NCBI GenBank assembly: GCA_964016885.1
Contig: OZ024740.1
Span: 267,282,001 to 267,346,000 of the forward strand
DNA: 64,000 nt
From: Eledone cirrhosa
Lineage: Eukaryota
Direction of reading: 5' to 3'
Positions 38,672 to 51,438 of this stretch are shown here, in pieces. Each line of letters opens with the position of its first letter. Within the stretch, counting starts at the first letter, position 1. The notes beneath the pieces are model-generated. The model did not search any database. It was not told the origin of the DNA and saw nothing but the letters and a program-made list of their open reading frames with translations. The position numbers were made by a program, and so were the translations under genes.

Positions 38672-39858
38672 ATATATACATATAATATATATAATATAAT
38701 ATAATCATCATCATCATCATCATAATAATATATATATATATTATATATATAATATATATATAATATATGATATAATATAATTGTTTCTACTTTTGGCAGA
38801 AGGCCAGCAATTAATCAGTGTATTACTGGTACTTTATTTTATCGACCCCGTAAGGATGAAAGGCGAAGTTAACCTCGGCGGGATTTATAATATAATATAA
38901 TATTTATATATATATTCCATCTAAATTATCAAAACAAATAGCTAAAATTTTGAACATGTTGGTAAAATGTTGAATTCATAGATAAGAGTAATTATAAACA
39001 TGAAAAGGAATATGTTGTTGTGATGTGTTTAGATGAGGTGGAATTTGTGAGATAGATTGAATGTGTGTCCCCAGAGAGGTTAAGAAATTAGACAGCTTTT
39101 GTTTGTGTTCGACCAACCATTTTTAGCCAGCCAATTGTAGCAGTCCTAAGTGACCATGCATTAGGTCAGATGTTCTGACCAACTTTGCTCCCCCCCCCCT
39201 CCCACCCTCATGGCCACATAATACCCTCAACACCTGCAACCCTATTTCCAGAGAGACTTGCCTACTCACAAATTGTAAATAATATATAATGAATTAAATC
39301 AACAATTTATATCTAATAAATAATATAATATATACTGTGAAAAGAAATATTAGATATTTTTTATTTTACTATATTTATATATATGTACCATTTGATATTT
39401 AATATATTATTATATGATCTCTATCCCCCTCACTACTCTCTTAGGCCCCAGCGTCCTCCTGGACCTTTTCAACACCCCCTGTGGTGTGGTAGCACCCACT
39501 TTGAGAACCTCTTCATTATTAACAAAATTACTAAGCTGCCCAAGTAATGGCCTTTTATAGCAATGATCTAGCTGTAGCAGTTAGTCATGATGACCAATCT
39601 ACTACAGCCAATATTGGCTGTCAGAAGTCTCAGACTAGAGATAATTCAAGAGAAAACTTGACTTATTTACCCCTAGGTGCCATCATAGCTATGTATGTGT
39701 ATATATGTGTGTGTGTGTGTATGTGCATATGCATACATTTATATGTATGAAGTATATAAATATGAACACGCAAACACAGACACACTTACAAAAATAAACA
39801 CTCACAGACATACTTTCACACAAACATACATTCACACAAACACACACTCACACACAGA

Positions 39859-39997
39859 CTAATAAATGGAACGCCAGCTATTGTTTTGCTATAGTTTTTC
39901 ACCATCCCCTTCCTTCTTTTTACACACACACTCACACAAACACACACATTATGTGACAGAAGGACAGACGGAAGTCACTCAAATTTATATATAGATA
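39859..39997 (+). mobile_element. Possible Helentron/DINE-like non-autonomous remnant
   Basis: Starts actaataaatggaacgccagc, contains gacagaaggacagacgga, ends tttatatatagat; resembles HINE/DINE-1 architecture from memory. Confidence 0.35.
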
Positions 39998-41597
39998 TAG
40001 AAAATTTAACTCAGCAATGATTTCACACACACACACATTAAAGTCGATGCAATCCCAGTTTGTTTAAATCAAGTTAATTTATACTCTAATTCTAATCAAT
40101 CTGGAATCTTTTATGTCAATGTTCAGAAATTTAACTCAGCGATGATTTCACACATTAAAGTAGATGTGTGTGTGTTTGTATCAGGATATATCTATATAAG
40201 GCTGTTTGTTTTGATTTGCTTTATTCTTTTGTAGAGTTTATATGGAAACTTTGGAGCACAAGTAGAATAAATTAAGAAAGAGAGAAAATCTACAAGCCAG
40301 GTAAGAATGCAACACTTTAAGCTAGATACTTTGTTATTTTGATTTGATGAATCATAATTCTATGTTCAAACATGTTTGAGGGCAACTGAAGAAACTTTTA
40401 CATGGTCAATTGATTTATTAGACATAGCAGCTACATTTTCCTCAAACTTATCTCTGGCATCTTAAACAAGAAGGGAAAAACAGATTAGAAAATGGAGTCC
40501 TAGATATCATTAAAAAAAATTAACATAGGCCGTAATACTTTAGAATTGACTGATGAAGCTTCTATGTGGTCACTTCATTTGCTTAATGTTGTAGCCAAAT
40601 CTTTCTTACTATTTTATGCAAGGTTAGATAATACAGTCTAAAATACTCCTAAAAATATAAGATGACCATGGCTCAAACGCTTGTAATCATAAATATACTC
40701 AATCAAAATTTACCTGAGACTAAACAACAGCAATCATAAAAGTACTTCGTTGCTTCAGATGCAAAGAAAAATATATAGCCATAATTTTATTGAGTGGAAA
40801 TTTTTTTCATAATAGATGTAGTGCTCATGATACTGTACTCTTGAGAGTCATACCTTAGCATCACTTTCCTGGTCATTAAGTTGATAAGAGAGATATTTCC
40901 TTCTCTTTCTTTGTCTAGATAGAATGCCAGTCTACCATGTGTAACATTCCCAGACAATTTGGCAACTTTTCCAGACAACTGAGACATGTATAGAATTAAG
41001 TGTATTGGCAGTGAATTGGCAGAAGTGTTAGAACATCAGATGAAATACCTTGTGGTATTTATTTTAGTTATTTGAACAATAGAGTCGTCTGTTGCTTTGA
41101 GTCCAAATTCAGCCAAGGTCAACATTGCTTTTCACCCTCTTAAGGTGGATAAATAAAATACTCATCTAGGGCAGTTGACTTGTGATGGTGTTAACATACC
41201 GGATCTCTTGCAGTATTTGTCCCAGCTCTTTATCTTTTTTCTTCAAATCCCATCATAGTGCACTTGGATGGGAGACTCAATCGATTGCCCAATTTAATGA
41301 CTACACCTCATGGCCGTTTTATGTATTACCGGTTAGGTGATTGAAGAATCACATGGCTATCATCTCCATTGTATTATGTATCATAGCTTTATGATTAAAA
41401 GAATTTTGAACATCTACATTGGACCTTCACAATTATCCTTATTATATATATACTCCATTACAGACTAACAAATTATATTTGAAAGAAAACACATGACATT
41501 GAGTGCTTAAATCTAATTGCATCATCGCTCACTGATTGGTGTGTTGCATACACAATCCTGATTACTTAACATTCTTATTATAAGAATAGATACATAT

Positions 41598-41968
41598 ATC
41601 ATCATCATCATCATTGTTAAACATACATTTTCCATGCTAGCATGGGTTAGATGAGTTGTCCTATTGTGAGCAATGCCAGGTCAAATGACTATGTCATGCT
41701 GATACAGAACTGATTTTGACTTGGTTTCTACAGCTGGAGGCCTTTCCTAACGCCAACCTCATTTACAGTGTGTACTGGATGCTTTTTGTCATGACACCTA
41801 CATGATCGCTTTACAGTGTGATTTGGGTGCTTTCTATTGTGACACCTACAAGACCACTTTACAGTGTGGACTGGGTGCTTTTTGTCATGGCACCTACACG
41901 AGCGCCTTACAGTGTAGGCTGGGTGCTTTTTGCTGTGTTGCCATCATGACCACTTAACAGTGGCCTGG
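41598..41968 (-). mobile_element. RTE family A-related 3' UTR with about five copies of a ~45-bp internal unit
   Basis: ttacagtgt...gggtgctttt...gacacctac repeated; tail catcatcat...ttccatgctagcatgggttag. Confidence 0.8.
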
Positions 41969-42029
41969 TGGCTTCACTAGAAGTATGCTTCAGCCTGTCC
42001 TCATGGGAGATGTATGGGAGGGTGGTACA

Positions 42030-42077
<48 letters not shown>

Positions 42078-42676
42078 TCTATACTCATATATATATATAT
42101 ATACACCATTTGAGGTTAGATGCCTTCAGATGAGATTTTGGTTTTGCTTGATTAACAAGTCTGATGAGTAGATTGGGGCTGGAGTCATGTCTATAACACA
42201 AATATGGATTTTGAGCCACTCATCTGTGAAAAGTTTGTTACTGAGACTAATCAATAAAAACTTCAATGTGAAACCTTGATTTGCTTTTATATATATATCA
42301 ATATGTGTGTGTGTGCGTGTGCATGTGTGTGCATGTGTACGTGTGTGTGTATGTGTGTGCGTGCGCATGTGTGCGTGTGTGTGCGCGTGTGCAAATTTTT
42401 TAATAGTAGGCTATTCTTCAGACAATGAAAAGATGATTTTTTTCATTTAGCTTTGTGTTACCTGAAGCATTGCATGCACAAAGAAATTTCGAGTAGCGAT
42501 GAAGTGAATAATGAGCTTTAAATGAATAAATAAATTCTACTACTTGTATTGAATACCTTTCCTCCCACTTGTTGTATACCAAACAGTGTGTGTGTTTTAA
42601 AAAAACATGGAATGAAAGTGTTTTTTTTTTCTCTTTAAAGTTTTCAATATGTATATGCAGTCTCACAGAACTTAGA

Positions 42677-42755
<79 letters not shown>

Positions 42756-42776
42756 CTCAGGAAGAGAACAAATAAT

Positions 42777-42806
<30 letters not shown>

Positions 42807-42807
<1 letters not shown>

Positions 42808-45416
42808 ACGGACACGTAGGTAAACACTGCGACGGCTTCAATAGAGTACATGGAGGCCATGGAGTTGGCACAAGGAATGAGGAAGGATTCAGACTTCTAG
42901 AATTCTGCGACGCCAATGACATGTCGATATGTAACACAAACTTTAAAAAACCCGACAACCACCTGATCACCTATAGATCAGGGGAGCACTCTAGTCAGTT
43001 AGATTTTATCCTCATCAGAGGACGTGACAGATGGACGGTCGTAAACACAAAAGCCTTCCCTAGTGAGGAATGTACATCCCAACATAGCTTAGTTGTCAGC
43101 GACCTCACGGTCAGAACTAGACGAGCCCTGAAACAGAGGCCAACCTGGAGAAGAAAGATCTGGAAGCTGAAAGTCCCCTCAACCAGTAACAGATTTAAAG
43201 ATATTTTACTCAACGCCTACGACAGTAAAGAAGAACAGATAGAGACATTTAACGTAGAAGAGAACTGGGAGTTCCTAAAAAATAACTTACTAGAGGCGAC
43301 GGATGAGGTTTGTGGCTGGAGTAAGACCTCAAGCAGGAGGAGAGTGACTTGGTGGTGGAACAATAAGGTAGATGAAGCAGTCAAGGCCAAGAGACAGGCA
43401 TGGAAAGAATGGAAGAACGGGGGGAGCAGGGTACATTACATAGAGACCAAGAGGGAAGCTAGGCGACAAGTATACTTAGCTAGGAGGGAAGCAGAGGATA
43501 GAAAATTCAAGCATGTTTTACAACGTGAGGACCAGAAACAGGAGGTATTCAAGATTGCGAGGCAGTGTGTCAGAGATAGTTGTGATGTCATTGGAGAGAA
43601 GTGTATCCGGAATGATAAAGGTGAGCTTGCCCTCACAAGTGCTGAGAAGAAAGATGCATGGAAGAGTCATTATGATAGATTACTAAATGAGGAGAATGCA
43701 TGGGAAGAAGAGACCCTACCCCACGTAGACCCTATAGAGGGACCAGCAGTACAAGTCAGCGGCAGCGTAGTAAGTAAGGCAATCAGAGATATGAAGATAG
43801 GGAAGGCAACCGGTCCATCGGGTATAGCTGCCGAGATGCTGAAGGCATCTGGGTCTGTAGGTCACACTATAACCACACGTATCGTTAACCAGGTAATACT
43901 AGAGGGGGCCATACCAAAAGATTGGTGCAGTAGCATCATTGTCAACTGCTACAAAGGTAAAGGCGATGCACTAGATAGAGGAAACTATAGAGGTATAAAG
44001 TTGATGGACCAGGTCATGAAAGTAACAGAAAGAGTTATAGCACAGCTGATTAGGGACCGGGTGAATATAGACGAGATGCAATTTGGGTTTGTTCCAGGGA
44101 AAGGCACCACTGATGCGCTCTTCCTTGTGAGGCAATTACAGGAAAAGTACCTAGCTAAAAGTAAGCCACTCTACTTGGCATTTGTCGACCTTGAGAAAGC
44201 CTTTGACAGAGTTCCACGTGCAGTAATCTGGTGGGCTCTTAGAAAACTAGGAGTAGATGAATGGCTTGTGAAAGCGGTACAAGCCATGTATAGGGGAGCA
44301 GTCAGCAAAGTTAGGATTGGCAATGAGTATAGCGAGGAATTTAGCGTACAGGTTGGGGTCCACCAGGGCTCTGTTCTTAGCCCTCTCCTGTTCATCATAG
44401 TCCTGCAGGCAATAACGGAGGAGTTTAAGACCGGATGCCCATGGGAACTCCTGTATGCTGATGACCTCGCACTCATAGCTGAATCTATGGTAGAACTAGA
44501 GAATAAATTCCAAACCTGGAAGCAGGGACTAGAGAGAAAGGGCCTCAAAGTCAACATGACAAAGACTAAGGTCCTTATAAGTAGACGAGAAAACAGAACC
44601 CAGATCCCCTCAGGGAAATGGCCTTGCTCAGTATGTAGGAAAGGTGTAGGTAGGAACTCCATTCTTTGCCCCAAATGCAAACAATGGGTACACAAGAGAT
44701 GTAGCGGGATCTCAGGAAGCTTAATTAAGAATGTAGGATTCACATGCAGCAGCTGTGCTGAAACAGCAAGCAAACAGCCACAGGAAACAAGTACCACCAA
44801 TCTCTGGGAGGGCCCTGTAGAAACAGTAGACAGCTTCTGCTACCTAGGTGACCGAATTAGCAACGGAGGTGGGTGCTCAGAAAGTACAATAACTAGGGTA
44901 AGAACGGGATGGAAGAAGTTTAGGGAACTACTACCACTGCTAGCTGCAAAAGGCTTCTCCCTCAGAATGAAAGGCAGACTGTATGATGCGTGTATCCGAA
45001 CAGCGATGTTGCATGGTAGTGAGACCTGGGCGCTGAAGGTGGAAGACTTACGTAGATTAGAGAGAAACGAAGCCTGCATGCTCCGATGGATGTGTAACAG
45101 TAATATACGTGAACGACAAAGCATAAATGAATTGAGAGAGAGACTGAGCATAAGAGGAATCAAATGCTGCGTGCAGGAGAGGCGGTTACGCTGGTATGGA
45201 CATGTGATGCGTATGAAGGATGACAGCTGCATAAAAAGGTGCAGAGCACTAGAAGTTGATGGAAACCGCGGAGTGGGGAGACCCAAGATGACTTGGGATG
45301 AGGTGATAAAAGCCGACCTTACCCAACTACACCTCTCAAAGTCAATGACACACGACCGTGACTTCTGGCGTCACGCAGTAATACAGGGTACCCGACCTCC
45401 CATGGGTACATGCTGA
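42807..45416 (+). CDS. RTE ORF lacking its N-terminus: C-terminal half of AP endonuclease, reverse transcriptase, PHD finger, thumb/C-terminal region
   Basis: APE motifs NGHVG, RNEEGFRLLEFC, SQLDFIL, QHSLV; RT motifs KATGPSG, NYRGIKL, QFGFVPG, FVDLEKAFDRV, GVHQGSVLSPLLF, YADD; 869 codons without a stop; no genuine start codon. Confidence 0.93.
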
Positions 45417-45713
45417 AGCATATAAACAATATGCCCCCCCCCCACCGCAAGGTGGTCGTGGAGGTGCCACGGCAAAAAAGCACCCAGCCCACACTGTAAA
45501 GTGGACGTGTAGGCGCCACGAAAAAGCACCCAGCACTCACTGTAAATGAGGTTGGTGTTAGGAAGGGCATCCAGCTGTAGAAATCAAGCCAGATCAGTTC
45601 CTGTATGAGCAAGGCATGGTCAGCCGACCAGACACTGCCCACAACAGGACAACCCGTCTAACCCATGCTAGCGTGGAAGAACGGACGTAAAACGGTGATG
45701 ATGATGATGATGA

Positions 45714-45717
<4 letters not shown>
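42807..45717 (+). mobile_element. Young 5'-truncated RTE-clade LINE (family A) inserted in (TA)n
   Basis: Unbroken ORF, ~280-bp 3' UTR, (GAT)n tail, (TA)n on both sides. Confidence 0.97.
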
Positions 45718-45757
<40 letters not shown>

Positions 45758-45824
45758 TGTATATGTATATATATGTGTGTGTGTGTGTCTGTGTGTGTCT
45801 GTGTGTATATATATGTATACAGTC

Positions 45825-46038
45825 CATGCTGTAATGTGGCCGTGTAGGCAACACGGTAAAAACCTCCCAGCCCCACACTGTAAATGTGGTTAGTGTTAGG
45901 AAGGGCATCCAACTGTAGAAAACCCGCCAGACAGTCCTATGCGAGCAAGACAACCACTCTTGCCTCAAGTGGGAAAACTCCCGTCCAAACCCATGCAAGC
46001 GTGGAACATGGACGTTAAACGATGATGATGATGATGAT
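45825..46038 (+). mobile_element. RTE 3' UTR fragment (related subfamily)
   Basis: gttaggaagggcatccaactgtagaaa...cccatgcaagcgtggaacatggacgttaaacgatgatgat. Confidence 0.85.
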
Positions 46039-46207
46039 ATATATATATTAATATATATATATATGTGTGTGTGTGTGTGTATATATATGTATATATATAT
46101 ATATATCTGTGTGTATGTATACATATAAATATATGTGTATATATATATATATGAGTGTGTGCATATATATATATACATATATATATATATGTGTGTGTAT
46201 ATATATA

Positions 46208-46390
46208 TTGGGAGCCCCGACATGGACACACTAGAAGAGGAAGACCAAGGTTAACATATGTTGATGCCCTAAGGACAGACACTGGTCTGTTGGAGATGCA
46301 GGATATGGCAGCGATAATGAGGGACAGAGACCGCTGGAGAGAACTCGTCCATGGATCTCGGGAATTTTACCCGCCTTAGATAGATAGATA
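46208..46390 (+). mobile_element. 3' end of RTE family C
   Basis: [26 protein letters not shown]...DRDRWRELV; matches the reverse complement of 11875-12045; short (TAGA)n tail. Confidence 0.9.
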
Positions 46391-46864
46391 TATATATATA
46401 TATATATATATGTATATCAATATAAATATATATAAATTGACATGTGTACCTTTACCAGAGAAAGTATCTTCCATACTGGCAAAATATCAACTATTTCATC
46501 TGGTTAAAATCAAACCAGTCTGGTGTGCAACAGTGTTATTTTGTTGTTGTTGTGTTGCTTGTAGGATATCTTCCAGGCTTTTGCTCAATGTGATAGATTT
46601 TCTATCAGCAAGTAATATTGTCATTGTATATGTGTCTCCTTTATTCTAACAAGATAGAAATATTTTTGGTGAAAGATATTGTAATAGTCAGAATATTCTG
46701 AATAGACAAAAATGGGATTATAACTTCGTAGTCTATCCCCCTACCACTCAAAATAATTTTTGCTAACTTCATGAAACAAATAGTTCGCAATGATAAGACA
46801 TTAGCATTATCCAATATCATCAGTTAGGCATATTTGCACAAACCCACAAATATAACTTTCAAAT

Positions 46865-47035
46865 TCACTTGACATGGAATCCAAAATCTAAAATCCAAGG
46901 CCTTCTCGCTCCTGTTGGAAGAACCCCTCCCTGATTGATCTCCACTGCTTCCTATCTCTGGCTTTATTGGGCTAGATCATTGTGCCAGCTGGTCTTTGGT
47001 TGCCCTCTGTTTCTTCTTTACTAGGTTTGAATAGG
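46865..47035 (-). mobile_element. Old RTE 3' end fragment
   Basis: Minus remnant RNRGQPKTSWHNDL...ARDRKQWRSIREGFFQQ. Confidence 0.6.
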
Positions 47036-47269
47036 CTGCCACTAGAATATAATACTATATTTATATATGTTCATATATAAATCCCACCTCAATTGTGCAT
47101 AAAATGTTTACAGTGCACTATATATTTTGAATTGAGGTTTTGTAAGTGCAGTAGATAGGTTGCTAGCTGGTTTTTCCTTGTATTTTCATGGAAATTGGTG
47201 TGACTTACACACAGGTATATACACAAAAAAAAAAAAAAACTATAAAATTAACTAAATCTAAAGTTAATT

Positions 47270-47750
47270 AGCATCATTAAGACACTAGCAATATTCAATA
47301 AGTCTAGACAAACACATATGAAAAGAAATCAACTACAACAAAGCAAAAGAATCAACAAATTCTTTAAATTATCAAAGAATCAATTTTTGCAAACTACACC
47401 TAGAATTATATTAGATAAAAGTAAATTAACTAAAAACTCTAACTCCCTCCCCACCTTACAGCATAACACCACACAAACAATATAACAACTAATTGGCAGC
47501 CAATCACAATACAATAGCTTCTTAATTCTAAACAATCACAGTACAATAGCTATTACCTTAATATGAACCATGACTTATTTACACACTTCAAATTAATCTA
47601 TAAAAGTAACTGACAACACAACTGCATTGGTATAAGTGCATTCATGTTTAGTCATTGATTCAATTTCTAACACCCTAACTTAAATTATACTGTAAGATTC
47701 CCACCCTGAAGATGGCCATATATGTGTGGCTGAAGGCACAGTTAACTTTT
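47270..47750 (+). mobile_element. Possible Penelope-like element remnant (GIY-YIG C-terminus plus hammerhead-like motif)
   Basis: Short peptides INYNKAKE and IIKESIF in different frames, then CTGAAGA-T-GGCCA..TGGCT-GAAG at 47706; heavily decayed. Confidence 0.3.
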
Positions 47751-47886
47751 CTCCTTTCAAGTCACACTTGGTGGGCTTGTACTAGATATAGGAGAATATA
47801 GTCCTAGATATACAAAAGAAAAATATGATTGAAATGTCTCTGATCATAGATCTACTCAATCAGAGCTGATCAAGCTGAAAGTAACA

Positions 47887-48258
47887 ATAATTGTTTCAAG
47901 GCCAGCAATTACCCCAGTGCGTTACTGGTGCTTTATTTTATCGACTCTATAAAGATGAAAGGCAAGCTAACCTCGGCGTGATTTGAACTCAGTACATAAA
48001 GGGCCATAAATATGCTGCAAAGGATGGTTTCTAATGCTCTATCAATACAGCCAATCCACCGCTGCAAGTTTTAGGTACAAAGTCAACAATTACGGTGAAG
48101 GTGAAAGTCAATTAAATTGATCCCAGTGCATTACTGGTACTTTATTTTATTGACTCTGTAAGGATGAAAGGCAAAGCTAACCTCGGCAAGATTTGAACTC
48201 AGAACATACATGGATGCAACTGTATGCCATAAAGCATGTTGTCCAAAATTCTACCAGT
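47887..48258 (-). mobile_element. Two tandem main-family SINE copies
   Basis: ttactggt(g/a)ctttattttat...atgaaaggcaa...gatttgaactcag twice. Confidence 0.8.
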
Positions 48259-48711
48259 GTTAAACTTCTATTTCATCTTGTCTTTGTTTTGTGGTGCATT
48301 TTTCGTGGTTCATGTTCGCACATGGAATACTAACAACCCACAACTTTACAACAGAAGACAGGATAGAGAAAAGGAAAAAAAATACACAAACAACAAAACT
48401 GTAAATGATACAAACCCAAACACATATAAAACATGCGTTGACATGACAAAAACAAAAACACATACACCCACACAAAACACAAAAATCACACTAAAAATCA
48501 AACAAAGATAAGATTGAGTAGAAGTTTAAGACCAGAAAAAAGTGAAGGCGCAAAACAAATAATCATTGAAGAGGTCACAAAAATGTGTGATGAAAGAACT
48601 TTGACAAACAAATGAATAATGAACAATAATGATCAAGATAAAAGGAAAAATTATATGCCATGTGTGTTTCTCTCTATCGACAATATTGGCAAAATGACCA
48701 TCCCCAAATAT

Positions 48712-48786
<75 letters not shown>

Positions 48787-48845
48787 GATACATATAGATA
48801 TGTGTGTCTCTATGTATTTATGTACATACATATATGTATCGTTTT

Positions 48846-49340
48846 AATGAAAAAGAAAATAAATGAGTGTCTTCAATGTTTCCAATGTTAGTCCTTCATC
48901 AGAAAGGAAAGAATAGAATGAGGAACAATACGAGGAGAGAAGAAAAAGAAAACAGTGGTAATCAAAAAATGTCATAGTGAGGTAAAGGAGAGAGAGACAG
49001 AATATAAAGGTAAAAGAGAATAAGAATAAGAATGTTCACAGAAATTTGGTGCAATAGGATAGCAGTTAAAAATATCCAGGGTAATCCAAAGGTAATCCAA
49101 AATGGGTTCCAGGTAAAATTCCAAGGTCCAGGTTAAAGATCCAGGTTTGAATTAAGAGGAGCTCCATGTAAGTGTTGAATAGAAAGTGCAAGGTCAACGA
49201 CAGTGAAATACAGTGAACAGAAATATAGAGAATGTAGTATGACAAATGTTTTTAGTTTAATGCTTCAATGAAATGGGAAAATAAATGAGCGTGTTGAACG
49301 TTTTGGACAACAACCTTTCATCAGAAAGGAAAGTATAGAG
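48846..49340 (-). mobile_element. Direct repeats 422 bp apart, each with a decayed minimal hammerhead core (Penelope/retrozyme-like)
   Basis: gaaaataaatgag...ttcatcagaaaggaaag.atag at 48855-48916 and 49277-49338; minus strand reads CTGATGA...(G/A)AAAC. Confidence 0.45.
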
Positions 49341-49954
49341 TAGAAAAAGAAAAGCAGAGAAAAAAAAACAAAAACAGAGTAGCATAGTAAGGCAAGAAAG
49401 ATGAAGAAGAAAGCAAAAGGAAATATGAACAAGAATTGGAATAATAATGCATGTGTGCATACATAAGCACTCACACATATATAAGCACAGGTATGGCTGT
49501 GTGGTTAAGAAGTTTGCTTAGTAGCCATATAGTTTGGTTTCACTGCTTACGACTTTGAGCAAGCATATTTTACTATAGACTTAGGTAGGCAAATGCTTTA
49601 TGATTGAATTTGGTATACTTATGTATGTATGTGCGTATGTATGTGTGTATGTATGTGTGCATGTATGTATGTATATATATATATATGTATGCATGTATGT
49701 GTGTATGTATGTGTGCATGCCTGTATGAGTGTCTCTCTCTGTGTATATTTTCATGACACCTTTTTAAAGCTAGCTGTTCCATTTGTTTATGTCCCTCATG
49801 CACAACATGTTTGCAGCTTATTATTTCAATGGAAATCGGTGGAATAAGCAGCATACTTTAAAATGAAGTATGGTTTGGCATCAAGAAGGGCATCCAAATG
49901 TGAAGTACTACCTCAAAAATGTATTTGCCAAAAGTCAGATGTTAATTGGAACAA

Positions 49955-50120
49955 AAATAAAAATTATAAAATTTGTCCAAAATTATATTTGTCCAAAATT
50001 ATATTTATCCAAAATTACAATATTTTTCCAAATTATATTTATCCAAAATTATTAAATTTATCCAAAATTATGAAATTTATCCAAAATTATAAAATTTATC
50101 CAAATTTATAAAATCTGTCC
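49955..50120. repeat. AT-rich 16-19-bp tandem repeat
   Basis: About nine units of aaattat..attt(a/g)tcc. Confidence 0.85.
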
Positions 50121-50270
50121 ATCTTTTGTCATCATGGAATATTAACAAAATTCAATTGCTTGACCTTTCATGATCATTAACATGTATTAATGATTGATCA
50201 GGCATGTTGACCTTTCCCTAAAAAATCTGACAGAATGTAGAATTCTACCATTCTTCTCCAGAGACACAAT

Positions 50271-50487
50271 GGTTTCTGATTTAGGCACAAGGCCAACAAT
50301 TTTGGAGGAGTGGAAAGTCAATTAAATTGACCCCAGTCTGTTTCTGGTAATTTATTTTATTGACCCCTGTAACGATGAAAGGTAAAGCTAACCTCGGTGG
50401 GATTTGAACTCAGAATGTAAAGGGCCGCAACTCTATGCTGTAAAGCATGGTGTCTGATGCTCTACCAACACTGTCAATCTACCACCC
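50271..50487 (-). mobile_element. Main-family SINE (long variant)
   Basis: Tail, central domain, gatttgaactcag and head all present. Confidence 0.8.
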
Positions 50488-50780
50488 TCCAAAACATAAT
50501 AGAATGCCTTCAGTAGATTTGAACACACAATCTTTGTATTAGCCTATCCAATGGCTTATAAAATCAGCAATTTAACTTTCATATGTGGAATTGGGAGTTC
50601 TGCCCAGAGACATGATGAAATGTCTGTAAGGGGCTAAAGATTCTATAAAGGGAAAGTGTTTGGTGGAAGCAAATGTAGAATGGAATTTATCTGGTGAGAT
50701 TAACTTTGTTAATGTTCAGTTTGAACTTATGTAAGTTAATAACTGGATGTAAAACTTTGGAGGAGATGGAATTATATATA

Positions 50781-50871
50781 CATGGTTTTCCCCCAAAATG
50801 TATACACACTTTGATTACCTGTACAGGCAATATTTATTAGAATGGTATATACATGTTTTGGGGACACCCTG
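50781..50871. mobile_element. 91-bp Tc1/mariner MITE
   Basis: TA-catggttttcccccaaaatgtata versus right rc TA-cagggtgtccccaaaacatgtata; TA on both sides. Confidence 0.6.
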
Positions 50872-51401
50872 TATACTGACTCTTCAGTTGTGTCAAAGAC
50901 ATAATGTCCCTAGTGTTGGTGATCTGCATGGTAGAGCATGTAATACATTCTGTAAAGTGGTTGGTGATAGGAAGCACACCCAGTCATAGAAACCCTGCTA
51001 AAAAAAGGACCAAGAGGACTCTTTAGCTGTGTCAAAGTCATGATAACCTATCCAGTAGTGGGACCACGATAATATACCCTCGGTTGAGCATGGGAATACA
51101 TGTATGTGATATGCAGCCCCACTACCACCTCAAGAAAAAAGCAAAACAATTGAACTTTTTCTATAAATATGTTGTACATATTTCAAACACCAAAAACACC
51201 TAAGTGGACTGAATTGAACTAGTCAGAAAACTATCCTACCAAGAGAGTAAGAGAAGCAGGTAGACAGACAGACCGACACACTCTCATTCACATGAAAATG
51301 CACACATTGGGGGCAGATTTTAATTCAATATCCATAAACAAATACTCAAATATCATATACATATATGCATTTTGCTTACATATGCATACATAGACATACA
51401 A

Positions 51402-51438
<37 letters not shown>

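Noticed and set aside
42681-42806. N-terminal YIYI extension of the 911-aa ORF
   Set aside because: Read-through of the (TA)n target; the element starts at 42807 and lacks the N-terminal half of the endonuclease, so it is not autonomous.
44171-45286. Minus-strand ORFs of 148-209 aa
   Set aside because: Antisense shadows of the RTE ORF; the same applies to those over the 30-32 kb copies.
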